From NCBI GenBank assembly GCA_973895155.1, contig OZ316893.1, positions 11,165,660-11,229,659 on the forward strand: a stretch of 64,000 nt of DNA, given 5' to 3'. Made by a program: the position numbers and the translations under genes. This DNA is from Marsupella aquatica (taxonomy: Eukaryota; Plantae; Marchantiophyta). A model generated the notes under the pieces. It was given only the letters and a program-made list of their open reading frames with translations, was not told where the DNA came from and made no database searches. Below are positions 52,486 to 64,000 of this stretch, in pieces (the stretch's first letter is position 1; each line of letters opens with the position of its first letter).

Positions 52486-55400
52486 TCATCTTGTTTGTAC
52501 AAGGAGAGTACTATTTGCCAATAACGCAAAGTTATACGCATAAACTGTAGTTTTTGCTAGGGATAGTTCATCCTCCAGTACTTTATTAGACAAAGCCTCT
52601 TTCTCCGGATAATATTTGCCTTCAATTGTAGACTCCTCTTTGGAATCCATTGCATACCAAGTGATTTTAATTTGCTCGAGGATGTTGTTAATTTTTGTGA
52701 GAATCTCAATCACTTTTGCCATCTTCCTTTGGATCCTGATGGGCTGCTACACGTACATATCATTGCAAATTTAGTATTCACCTCTAGATCCTTGAAGTCT
52801 CCAATTTCCGTGACTTTTCTCCGACTTCCGGAATACATGACTGTCCTCACACCCGCTATTTTATCAACCAAGATAGGTTCCATTGTTGCTTCTGTAGGAT
52901 TGGTTGTAAGTTCTCTTTGTATGTTTACCTTGGGCCAACTCCAATCAAAACTCCATTGTGCAGGTTTCAGGTGGTGTTGAATCACTTCTTATAGTTTGTC
53001 AAAGAAACGACCCCACCATAGCCGATCTTTGTCATCAAAGTAATTGAATCCATCTTCAATTCCTCTTCGATATTTTTGAAGAGTCGAAAAATGATTTTGC
53101 GCCGCCCGCTCATCTTGTTCCTCAGTATCATTCTCTTGATCATCATTGTCTCTTGTCGCTCCCATGGCCGACTTCAATGTCATTTGTGGTGCGACCCACA
53201 TTCCAGATGAAGGAATGTACCGAACAAATTCCATGGGCTCCCCCCAATCTGTTGTCGTTGAAAGATGTTTGGCATGGAAGATAGACCAAGCACTTCCATC
53301 TTCGAGTACTCTCGTAATCCAAAATTTTTCTGAGCACTTATGCCGTGGAGAGTACGCAAAACCTGACCATCCATATCAAGGTTGTTATTTGCTTGATCCT
53401 TGTCAGACACAAATTTTTGAAATCAGCAACCTCATCGACAAAAAATATCTTTGCCGTAGGATTGTAGGATTCCTCTATGATTAATTGCGGAAAGAGTGTC
53501 AAACCAAAAAGCTTTTTGCTTGTTCAATTTTGAAGAAAACTTGCTAAACATTTGATCAATTTGGTCATGGGTGTGCCCCACCAACACAAAACCAACCTTT
53601 ATTTTCTGGAAAACACCTATCTCCACCAACATGTTCAAATATGCCATAAGATATTTATTCTTGTTTTCCTGAGCAGTGTTATCAAGCTGGAGATAAAGCA
53701 CTGGAGGGAGCGGACCTTCCCACGTATTCCGAATATGTTGAATAACGTGGATGGTCAGGTTGCTATCATTGCAAATATTTGAATAGTTCAAAAAAACATT
53801 TGAACTCAATTGTTTGTTGAAGATCAAACAACCCACTACGTGTATAGGGATGAAATACTTCTCATCCATATTCTTTGGACACCAAATGAAATGAGGTAAC
53901 TGTGTCTTCTTTTGATCCATTCCATCAATACAGATGCCCAAATATTTCTCCGAACTCTTGTAACATTTGCTCCGGTGCTTTGCTAACTTCTCCCTCTCCA
54001 TTGTTTGTGCCTTCCGATACTCGTTTAGCAATGTTGAGAATTTTCCTACAATAATAAAAATGTTTAGAACTTTTCTGGCCTGACAGCGATAAATTTATTG
54101 GGTTCAATATTCAAACACTTGATTTGATAACCGCAATGTTAAACCGTGACAACGATAAATTTATCGGGATAAGTATTCAAACTGTTCAAACGATATATTC
54201 ACACACATTACCAAAGAAGAAGCATGGGAATACTCAACCTGATAAAATTATTGGGAGTAACACATGGGTTTAGAAACTTACTCTTTTCTGCTTTGAGTGT
54301 TGCCTTATCACGTAGTGCTTTGAATTCAGTACACGGGGCGCAGGTGGAGAAATGACTCCTTTTGGGGATGCGCACGCGAGGAAACTCCTTGTTCCAAATG
54401 CGAACAAACCATGAATATGTCACGCCTTGTTCTTGGCGCATTAGAGTTTTAGAACTTAGGAAGGCATCAAAAACTTTAGTTTTTGTCCAATTGTCAGGTA
54501 AATGAAAGATATCCTTGTTGGGGAGACTCTCTACATTTGTGGTAAAAAATCATCGAGACACTGAACGAGACCAAGATGTGCGGACAATTTTTCTCTACAA
54601 AATGTATCGATCTGAATCCGAGAAAACATGTTCTTTGAGATTTTTTGGAGACGATTATTTCCTAAGGAAAATAATTTCTTAAAACCACTCCGACAAAAGG
54701 ATCTACCGCTAACTGAGTAACCACTTGCACCGGCATGCCCACCCTTCACACATCCTCTTAGAAGTACGTTCTTTTCTTGGTAAAATAGCCCATAGTAATA
54801 TGTGCGTTGTTTCATCACATCCTGCAGACCCAAATTCCTCAGACAAAAATTATCACAACAGGGATACTTATAAATTTCTTTCATTTTGTTTCTATTCAAT
54901 TTATCATTTATCACATTGTCTTTCGTAATAATTTGGTCTCTATCTTTTTTACTAGGTTCATTTGACTTCTCTATAGATTGACATCCGATGAGAACATCAA
55001 TTGACATTTTTGGGTCCTTCAGGTACCTCGCGAATAGATGCATCACTCTCTGCTGACCTACCATCCTCCACAGATCTCCTCGCCGGCGGAGGGGCATTGA
55101 AAAGGCAACTATAACTATTCTCTTCTATAGCTCCTTCTAAACATTCAGACATAACTTGTGCTATGATATCGGATTTTGTATCTCCTTCCTAATTTTTGTC
55201 CTCTTATCCACTCGACTCATCTAAAAACACAATTGGACTTCGTGGCTCTCTATACATAACCCGAACGCCACTAAGACCTCTCCTTGACACTTGGAGCTTG
55301 GAACCAATCACAGTCCGCCCTGGAGAACTTGGAGAACTATTCACACGTGCAGTCCCAACGACTCCGCGAGCTGCAGGAAAACTGAGCACTTGTTGACCAC

Positions 55401-55950
55401 AATTCCCACGGACCATTTGGGAAAGGGCCAAGTCTAGACTTTGCAATCCAATTCCCTCGCTTGCTTGCACATCTAGTCTAGGCAATGCAAAGACCGATCG
55501 CCGTATCGGTCTTTGTATCTGCCTCCTGATCCTCACCCGGAGACTGAAAGATCCGTCATTGAACGTGTGTTGAATGTGGTAACTTGAATGCCAAGTGCGA
55601 TACGCGTATTGGTCGCCGGATACCCTCTCCATAACCCGGGATGGATGGCCTAAAGCGACGTCTTGGACCTAAACCTGGGATTGAAAGTTTCTCATTTCTT
55701 GGCGATGGAACGCTCAAGAGACGACGCTTCTCAGGTTTACTAGGAGACACATAGTAAGAACTGGACTCAGGACCAAAACTTGCATCAGAATCTGAATCAG
55801 CGTCAAAGATTTCGAGCACTATCTACTGTGAGAGAGGTAGCTTTAAGTATGCGACTTGGCAAACACCGAGCGACAACATTAGGGGAGGATTCAACTAAAC
55901 TTGAAGGTGAATCTGTGTCTGATTGAGAGATGGCTATCCGAGACACTATG
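52486..55950 (-). pseudogene. decayed Sola1/DUF7869-like transposase (outer element)
   Basis: GICIDGMDQKKTQLP, LQLDNTAQENKN, GFVLVGHTHDQIDQMFSKF, CCDNFCL, FCRSGF, STCAPCTEFK and TTVYAYNF all match the inner transposase. The intron is at the same position (EK-a|gtaag near 54280). Many frameshifts and stops. Confidence 0.9.
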
Positions 55951-55973
55951 GGGCTTTGTATTCCTCCCTCAAT

Positions 55974-56165
55974 CTTGGGGGGATCACTGTATGTAGGGCT
56001 CTACATCACGTGCAGCGACGTTTTAGGGTCTGGACCCCCTAACTTTTAAGTGAAATTTGTTTTTCCCCACTCCCTTACTTTCTGAAAAGCGACCATTTTT
56101 TGAATTGTTTACCCCTATAAATTTTTATGGAAAGTTTTATGATGATTTAAAAAATGCCTATTAAG
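55974..56165 (+). mobile_element. terminus related to the CTCGGGG MITE family (truncated copy or end of a larger element)
   Basis: cttggggggatcact...gcgacgttttagggtctggaccccctaa...acccctataaa resembles the first ~190 bp of the MITE. No matching second TIR or TSD in the window. Confidence 0.55.
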
Positions 56166-58142
56166 GAAAGTTAAGTAACTCAATAGTGTAGAGCCAATTG
56201 ATGCAAATTGATACATTCAATGAATTTACATCATGAAGCTGAATATCTTGTAAATATCATCCAACAACTTGTAGTTTTCACTCTTGAATAGTGAAGCATG
56301 GTGGGTGCTAGATACTATGAATAGGTAAACAACATAGGTTGCCTATTCAAGGCATCGGTACTCTACCTTGTTTCACAAACTCTCGCATGATGATGTCCAC
56401 ATCTCTACCCTCCTTCACAGACTCATGCATGATGATGTACACATGACGGAGGGGAATTGAACCCCTGATTGAGCATAAATCTCAATTTGCCAATTTGCCA
56501 TCCCCTACTCTACTCCCTCCCACTAACCCTACAAATGCATCACATACACACATAACAAACTACTTTTAATAAACAATAGTAAATTATATATCACAATTTA
56601 CTCACATTTTGAATGTATGTAGTCAAAGCCTGCAAGTCACTTGTATCTAGTACATACACTCTGTCAACTATCCCAGACTTCATTGTCAAGTTCACATTTG
56701 AAATTACCATCTCAATATCAATCCATTGTCCATCTGTTGCATCATAAGTGAACAAAGTTTCAATTGTTGTTACGAGTAGATTTGTACCAATTACACTGCA
56801 AGCGGCACACACTTCCACTCTGTCCAACTGTAGGTACAGGCCTATCCAATAGATCTATTGCTTTTCGACGTCTGACCCAATGGGAGCCATTCTTCTGTAT
56901 CAGAAACTCAATCCTACCCAACCAATATTCCTTCTTTGCAGATGTTGCGTCAACAACAGGCCCTTTATCTATTCCCTTCCTCTTTTTTGACTTGGATGAT
57001 CTGGTAGAAGGACCAACCTCTGCAGCAAACTCAAACAAAACTGCTATATCAGTACCAATGTCAACCAAACAAGTCACAAAGTCACCATTTTCCTTCTCCT
57101 TACCAGTAGTGTAATAGGTCTTTTGGGCTATCCTAGTTAGCCTATCCTTTGACATGAAAGGATTGCAGCACAATTGACTCACAAGAGTGGACTTGTAGAT
57201 AGTCCTTCCCTCATAAGTTACAGTAGACACTACTGACCGGGGTGTCTGCACATCAGCTAAGTTTGCTTGAACTCTAGCCAAGACATGCCTTACTTCATGT
57301 CCTAGTGTCTCCATCTCACAAAATGGGTTAGTGTCCACCTGAGCAATCAAACAATCATCAACTATTAGTGGCTCAATACAATCCTGACTGTCCAGAGTGT
57401 CCCATGAATCAATCCGATTGAGATCTTCTTCCGGATCTTCAAACTCTAGAAACTCTCCAATTGGGGGCTCAAGTCTAGGGCCTACAGTAGATCGATGCTC
57501 AATTGTGTCTTCAGCATCATCACATAACATAGCCTCTTTCATGACACTTGTATCCGGCCAAGTCTCTGCCTCCACCTCCCAAGGATGAACCCACCATCGT
57601 CTTTTCGCTGCTGGCAAAGAACTCCTTGGTGACATGTTCAGTTTGCACAACAAATACTTTGCTTCCTGCAAACCTTCCTTTAGAGCATCAACAACCAGCT
57701 CATTAGTCTGAATTGCAGAGTAATCAAATAAATTTGGAGCTTGTTCTTCTTCATCCAAAGGATGTAAAGTTGCCCAAACATGATCCTGTTTAGATCATGT
57801 GATCGACGTATCTTCAATCCCTCTGGTCCATACTCTAATCCAGCTAGTTGATTCAGTCCCACTGCACTGTCCAGTAGAGATCCAAAGTCATAATTTCTCT
57901 CATGGCCACTCATGCCACCTACCTTGCTGAAAAATATCTCACAACAATCTGATCCCAGCAAGTGAAATGGAACTTGTAGATATGGGAACTTGTCCTGAAA
58001 GGCACAGATTAACAATACTACAAAATGACAAGACATGTTGATATCATGGAAAGCCTGCACAGAAATCATGTTCTTCTCTGTGATAGATCCAGCATTCCCT
58101 GTCACAGAATGATCACCATACCTCAACCATAGCCTCCACAAT

Positions 58143-58431
58143 CTCGGGGGTCTCACTATATGGATGTCTCCCCATCCCCTGTGACGTTTTTAGGCCTCAG
58201 ACCCCCTAAAATGTAAGAATTTTTTTGTTAAATTTTTCAACCCCTATAAAGTTGGAATATTCCAAAAATTTGGTTAGAAAGACCCTAATGTTCTTATAAG
58301 TCTCAAAATTGAATTTAAAGGACCCTATTGTTCTTCTACAAAAATTCTTAAGTCTTCCCTTCAAACCAATAAATTGACCCTATACTTCGTCGCACGTGAT
58401 GTGCCATTTTTGTGGAAGTGAAACCCCCGAG
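58143..58431 (+). mobile_element. MITE of the CTCGGGG family (289 bp)
   Basis: Same TIRs as 33968-34264 and a perfect 8-bp TSD TCCACAAT. Removing it restores FFRLWRLWLRYG in the P-like transposase. Confidence 0.93.
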
Positions 58432-58971
58432 TCCACAATCGAAAGAACCAAGATACCTTTGATGCAAAGACAACACGGGTTCTTAGGTCATGCTTAACAG
58501 AGAAGAAAATATCTATGTAGTCTGCACAAACCTCCAAGTATATCATGGTCCCAAAGCTTTTGTCATGACGAACATCTTGTCGCTCATACATATGCTGCAG
58601 GCAGGCCTGCACTCTCCTGGAAGCTATTTGTTGTGGGCCAGCCCAGTTTTGTCTATCTGTCCTATTCACATCATCCCAATGCAAACCATGCTCATGAATT
58701 GCATAATGGTTATAAACAGATGTGACACAATTATGACAAAGATGCATGCTGATCACCAAGAACTAACATAGCAGACACTCAGTCCAATGGGTTAATTGCC
58801 TTCTTGCCATTGTGAGGTGGGTCTTGGTCTCCAAAACCATAGAAATCTCCATTCGGAAGTATGGACACTGAGTATTGCCACCCAACCCATCCTACACTGT
58901 ACCTAGGAAAGGAACCATTCACAGTAGTATAATCTTCCATCATCAATTTCCTATGACGAGCATCATTCACC

Positions 58972-59266
58972 ATCGGGGTCCTCACTTCTTTTCTTCCGAC
59001 CCATCACTCGCGAATAAGTATAGGGTTTTTTATTGGGTTTAGTGAAATACTTTTAAATTTTTGTTGAAGAACATTAGGGTTATTTTAATCCAATTTTGAG
59101 AATTATAAGAATCATAGGGTTTTTTAAAGTCAAATATGGGAATATTCCATTAAGTTAGGGGTTACAAAATTCCTAAAAAAAACTTTATTGACTTAACTTT
59201 TAGGGTGTTTATTTCCCCAAAACTTTGGGCGTGATATGGGACACCCTTTGGATTGAGGCCCCCGAG
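58972..59266 (-). mobile_element. diverged subfamily MITE of the CTCGGGG type (295 bp)
   Basis: Ends atcggggtcctcact ... ttgaggcccccgag with an 8-bp TSD CATTCACC. Inserted at the SDG motif of the P-like transposase. Confidence 0.85.
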
Positions 59267-61904
59267 CATTCACCATCACTAGCATGGCCCAACAAAGGAC
59301 CAACATTGTCTCTGCAATGTGTGTCCCACATGGACTTCAGCTGCACCCAATGCTCTCTTACCCAGGGAGCTCAAAACTTGTTACATGTTGGTAGAACACA
59401 CAATGCCAATTTAGGCATCTTTGCATGCAGAGGATTGACAATGATTACTCTAGCATACATGCCTTTGGCATATTGCTCAAAAGTACTTACAATCTTGTCA
59501 TACCCTTCAGTACCTACTCCAACCAGTACTTCCAAGCCAAAAGAACATGTGTGCTCTTCTAAGGGGCCACAAAAACCAATGAGGGTGTCATATTTAGCTT
59601 CCCATCTGTCACACACAATAGAATACAGACATCAGCTCATGACATGCAAACTCACCCAACACATTAAAAAAAACAAGCTAATTTACTACAGAGACAAAAA
59701 CACAAACCTGGGTCTCTCTTTGATCCTTGTTTCATCCTCAGCAAACATTACTGGTACATCTCCTGCAATTCCAAGTGACTGCTTTGATGCACACAGTACT
59801 CTGCACACCTCCTCGAATATCTCTTTTCGAATGCCAGCTCTAAAGGGTGGGAGTTTTGCTCTATCACATTTCACGGTCTTTAGACCTGGACCACCTAGGT
59901 TAGCTTGGAAACAATGAACCACTTGTCTGCCTCCAAACTGAAACATGGCTTGGGAGAAGGCCTTGGTTCTCTTACTGTATCTATAACCCTTAGCAACTCT
60001 CTGCAAGTTCTTAGCTACATCTGTCAGGAAATCCCACAACCCTTCCTTGCCACAAAAAGCACCACATCTATGTCCATTCATAATATTTCTCAGAAACAGT
60101 CTTAAATCTTTCCTATCATGGGCTACTCCTAATAAATCTTCTAGCTTCTTTCGCCTAACACTCAGGGCACAAATTTTCTGAGCCTGTTGTGCCAACAGCC
60201 AACGCTGTTTCCTAAAGCGAGTGGTGAGGTTACCAACATGTTCCCTCAGTTTGGTTTCGGTCAAGTATGCCAACCTCATCCCACCCTGTGTAGTCCTGTC
60301 TCCTCTCTGCACTAATGCTTCCGCTTCCCTATGCACCCTGCCATGAAAATCATCTTCACATTTTATAGAATCACATAATGCAAGTGAGGTTTTGAAAACC
60401 ACCTCCATTAATGGACACCCTGTGACATTGCTTGTGCCTAAAACAACCCTGTATACCAACAATTAACTGACTAGTTACATTGAAAACCTCAGCATAGGTT
60501 GTACGGTCACAATCTCACACATTTCCTCCCTCTTGATCATCAAGTATGCCTTTCACAACCATAGAATCCTCTATCCACTTCACCTCTGACTCCCACAGGC
60601 CCCAACAAAGCAAACTTAAACTTGGCTCAATGGAGGAATACAACCCACCTCTGCCTGAACTGCTCCCTGCAGCAGAGCTGTCCTCTCTAAAGAAATTCAG
60701 AATAGAATTTTGAGATGGAAACAGATCACGAGCATCAACTTCCTTGGTCTGCCCTCAGTGCAGCCTGGGTACTAGTGACAACGTTCTCAAGTGCATCCAT
60801 ATGATCCCGACTGACAAGGTGTTGCCTTAAATTGTGTTCCAAATTGGATTTCTTAGGGCACATGTCAGTATGTAGCTTGCCATAGACTGTACATCTGACC
60901 TTAAACAGGAATGACCTTTGTGCAAATGTTGGATCAGTGGGAGATGGTGTGATAGCTAGAGAACACTTCTACCACCCCACCTACCTCTGCATTCAACTTT
61001 CCCACTATTTCCACACCAGCCCCTATTTGCATACTATGATCAAACAATGGTTGTTGTATAGTGTCAGTAGCCGTCACCAAAGCTCCAGGTATACCCCTTC
61101 GCTTACACCAGTTCTCCTTGTGTTTAGGGTTGGTCAGGTGCTTTGTCTTGAAATTGCTAAAGCAATTTGCGATGGACTTGAGCACCTGTGAATTGGCTAC
61201 ATTCCCATAAGTCTCCCTACACTCTAAGCATTCTAGATGACCTCGACACTCCCCTCCCTCATCCCACGTCCGCACTCTCCACTTGTGCTCACCAAAGCTC
61301 TTCTGGTTTACCCAGGATCGTAGCTTCAACCACTCATCATTCCAGGTCTTTGATGCAGCCTCAGACATGAGGTGAGACTCAAAGGAGCCTGTGACAGGCG
61401 GTACAAGAGCCTGTGACAGGCAGTTCAATAGCCTGTATAGGCACCCCTTCTGTTTGTCCTTCAGTCAAGGGAATTGTGCCTGCCAAATTGGACACAGTGG
61501 CAGCAGATGAATGAGAGGAACCAATTGTGACCCTCTCAATTGGCAAGGCAACTGAGGGTAACTGTGCAATCACGTAAATTGTCCCTTGAATTTCAGTCAC
61601 CCCAATAGTCTTCTCTGAAAAGCGCCGGCTCGACCAGGCAACCTCTCATCCCAAAAATCAAAGTCAAACTCTACTGCACCTACACATTTCAGACAGAAAT
61701 CTGCCAGAGTCTGCCCTTCAGACAGCAATCTGACAAAGCTCATGCCTAGGTGTGCCATGATGGACAGTTATACAGGCTGTGAAAGTAAGGGACAGGGATT
61801 AGGTAGATGAACCTGTCATACAACAATGGACAGACATGGAAAAAGATCAGGACTCAAGTCAACCATTCACAATGTCATCTGAACACTCAATCTATTGTAG
61901 TCAA

Positions 61905-62055
61905 TGAGACTTACTTAAGTCCATTTCAATTCATCAAAATTCCATTTCGTTCAAGCAAATACTTAAGTCCATTTCATTCATCGAAATACTTAAGTCGATA
62001 GTATGCAACCAAATACTTAAGTCCATAGCCTTCAACCAAATACTTAAGTTCATAT
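61905..62055. repeat. short tandem array aaatacttaagtcc (about 5 copies)
   Basis: The palindromic core acttaagt recurs at roughly 20-45-bp spacing between the PHD pseudogene and the P-like transposase. Confidence 0.7.
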
Positions 62056-62133
62056 AATTTAGGTTGTCTTATGGGTCCCATACAAAGAAGGTTCAAGTTA
62101 TAAGATGGTGAAATCAATAGCAGTCATGCTGGT

Positions 62134-63998
62134 CTAGTCATGGGTACTAGGGATATCAGAACCCTCACGGATGACATGGCGAGTACAGTAAATCATGCGC
62201 CACTGTCCAATGTCCCAGGTGTCTCGGCCCCTCACCCTTCTCCTCAAGTGTCTGTCTGTTGTTGGTCCTTCATCATGACACCATGCACGAGGGCATCTGC
62301 GACATTGGACAAAATCCCAAATGCCCTCTTGATCCTCCTTACAGACCCTCACAGTAATGTCGTGGGCATATAAGAGCATCGGGATGTGCATCAGGGCGAA
62401 AGGGAGTAAAGTAACATCATCAGTTATCAATCATTTCCATCAGTCGACCTGATATCAGTCGCCACATCATCTCAGAGAGGCCGCCAAGATGCGGCGCCAA
62501 AAAAAATGCAATTTTTTTTTTCTTCATTTTTTTGCAAATTTTTTCATTGTGGGTGTCCGTATTGTACGGACATCGCTTCTTGGCGGGGTCAGCCAAGATG
62601 GCCAGGTGTCCGTATGGTACGGACACTGAATTTTGGCCAAACAAATTTTGAATTTTTTTTTTGTTTTGAAATTTTCAAGAAAATAAAATTTAAAATTGTT
62701 TTCCCGTTTTTTTCGTCCGCTCGCCGATCTCAGCGAGGTCAGCTAAGATTGAGTCAATCTCAGCTGCCTAGCTGAGATGCGTGGAAGTGCAAAGTCGTCA
62801 TCTCAGTTGCTCAGCTGAAATTCAGAAAAATTTCAGCGGAAAAACTGATAATTGATATCAGTCGCTGATGTCAATTATCAATGGCTGATAACTGATGATC
62901 CTCGCTACCCCGGTGAAAGGCATTTCCCCCAATCGCAGAAGTCTCCAGAGACAGCCCACATGGTAAAATGAGTAGCAGTCATCATGAGAACACTGTATCA
63001 CAAGGGGCTCATCTGTGGTGGGTCTCAAGGTTCTACCAAGGAGTCCACAGCCAAAACATCTTGAGTTCCTTGGTTTTGCTGACAGATGTCACAAAGCCAA
63101 GCTGCAGCCCAATCATGACCTCTGGAAATGACAATCCGTTGACATGTAGGTCCATGGCCATCTTCTTCATCAGGGTTGTGGCCATCAACTACATAATGAA
63201 AATGGCGACCACAAGGGCATCACAGAACAAAATAGTTCCTCCCTCGTCGCAGTGAAAACAACAAGGGGGATCCATACAAAGGTGCTCCCTATGCCCAAAT
63301 CTTGGATCCAACAGCTGACGAGCAATGTGTGCCATGTTGAACAAGATTTGCAAAATTACCTTCAAAAATTAGGGGTAGGCATGTGATGTACCAGAAGGAG
63401 CAACAGTCCACCAGCAATCATAGCAAGTAGCCTCCACCAGGGGCATCACTTCCCTGTGGGATCCATCCTGCAATGTGAGCAATGTAGAATCAGAAGTCAG
63501 CAACTTGAATGTGCATCACCATCATGGGCAAAACCTGGAAGTGTCCCACCACAGACACAATCATTGATGAAACGACAAGTATTCCATGCCAGGCAACTGC
63601 CCCATGCCATTCTTGCCATGTACTGTGCTTTAGTCTGCACTATGTTTGAGTCACCTCCCCTACAACGATGACATGTTTGGGTGTGACAACATTTGGAGAC
63701 AAGCCTCCAATAAGACACAGCTCTCATCCAACACTCCATCTACTTCTTTAACAAGACGGATACTGTTTGGCACTGGTGGGGATGTACTCAGCCTGTTGTA
63801 ATGGTTGCCAGGCACAGATGGATAGCCCCAGCTTACAGCACAGTTTGCAGGCACGATCCCAGAGTGGATCATCTTCACACGAAATCGCACACCCTTTTGC
63901 TGATGGTACTCAGATAGAGCATTGCGTGTGACAACCATCTTCAATGCACTTGGGAATGCACCTAGACTAAGATTGTGCTCACTCCAACAAAATGACAA
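62134..63998 (-). pseudogene. EDM2/NSD-type tandem PHD-finger pseudogene, possibly preceded by a degenerate SET domain
   Basis: Reassembled across frameshifts and the 62403-62911 insertion: CFHCDEGGTILFCD.PCGRHFH...WLCDICQQN..RCFGCGLLG...VIQCSHDDCYSFYHVGCL...ICPRHYC..CKE...FVQCRRCPRAW...TWD...RMIYCTRH, which is the EDM2 composite-PHD order. Upstream WG..., KEVDGV, NTCRFINDC and REV.P..E..YD are only weakly SET-like. Confidence 0.72.
62403..62911. mobile_element. non-autonomous TIR element (509 bp) with an 8-bp TSD
   Basis: Ends ggagtaaagtaacatcatcagttatcaatcatt vs reverse complement ggggtagcgaggatcatcagttatcagccatt. Flanking repeats GGCGAAAG / GGTGAAAG. Its removal rejoins the PHD coding sequence. 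Confidence 0.75.
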
Positions 63999-64000
63999 GT

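Larger units (their letters stand above)
33663..54253. repeat. dispersed 14-bp palindrome CGATAAATTTATCG (outer element)
   Basis: Perfect copies at 33663, 33757, 34271, 38294, 51984 and 54153. Near-copies at about 33854, 33910, 34327, 34427, 47533, 47596, 47690, 48779, 49465, 50611, 50727, 52043, 52175, 52280, 54087 and 54240. Confidence 0.85.
33230..55973. mobile_element. older, decayed Sola1/DUF7869-like transposon carrying ParB-methyltransferase and F-box-like cargo (outer element; right end not seen)
   Basis: The putative left end GACCAAGAAGCGT resembles the inner element's terminus GAACAAGAAGCCT. The CGATAAATTTATCG motif occurs from 33.6 to 54.3 kb but not inside 39321-47443. It contains pseudogenes at 47742-51913 and 52486-55950. 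It is cut at 55974 by another insertion. Confidence 0.6.
56591..61600 (-). pseudogene. P-element/THAP9-like transposase, decayed and split by two MITEs
   Basis: In order on the - strand: Zn-finger-like CLEC...KH..NPKH; MFAEDETRIK..R/WEAKYDTLIGFCG (cf. DEMxIK..YD..D.I.GF); LGHASDG; QDPPHNGKKAINPL (cf. DxxHxxKxxRN); DRQNW; LGSDCCEIFFSKVGG (cf. QDxxExxF). Confidence 0.75.

Noticed and set aside
56440-56480. tRNA-like T-arm (ggggttcaattcccc on the - strand)
   Set aside because: No D-arm, anticodon arm or acceptor stem can be built; at most a SINE or tRNA scrap.
62134-63998. KDZ/Zisupton transposase with CxC domain as explanation of the Cys-rich remnants
   Set aside because: No KDZ catalytic motifs are seen; the cysteine spacing fits EDM2-type PHD fingers much better.

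Overview
This is eukaryotic land-plant DNA with GT-AG introns, probably from a non-seed plant such as a bryophyte; the host is inferred, not shown. The left half (1-33 kb) carries three intact host genes: a 7-exon complex I assembly factor CIA30/NDUFAF1, an intronless SRPBCC/polyketide-cyclase (lachrymatory-factor-synthase-like) gene and a 6-exon laccase. It also holds a solo LTR, a MITE, hairpins and decayed duplications. The right half (33-64 kb) is a nested transposon cluster. Its centrepiece is an 8.1-kb TIR-bounded element (39321-47443) encoding an intact spliced Sola1/DUF7869-like DDD transposase. Divergently from it lies a spliced fusion of a ParB/Srx-like domain with a bacterial-type beta-class N6-adenine/N4-cytosine DNA methyltransferase (DIPY ... 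VLDICSGSG). This element sits inside an older, decayed relative with the same two genes in convergent orientation plus F-box-like cargo. Each element is studded with its own 14-bp palindrome (TCATGAATTCATGA vs CGATAAATTTATCG), mostly in introns and intergenic DNA. That suggests, as an inference, a parS/ParB-like, family-specific self-marking system. Further right are a decayed P-element-like transposase and an EDM2-type tandem-PHD (possibly SET-PHD) pseudogene, both broken by small elements with 8-bp TSDs.
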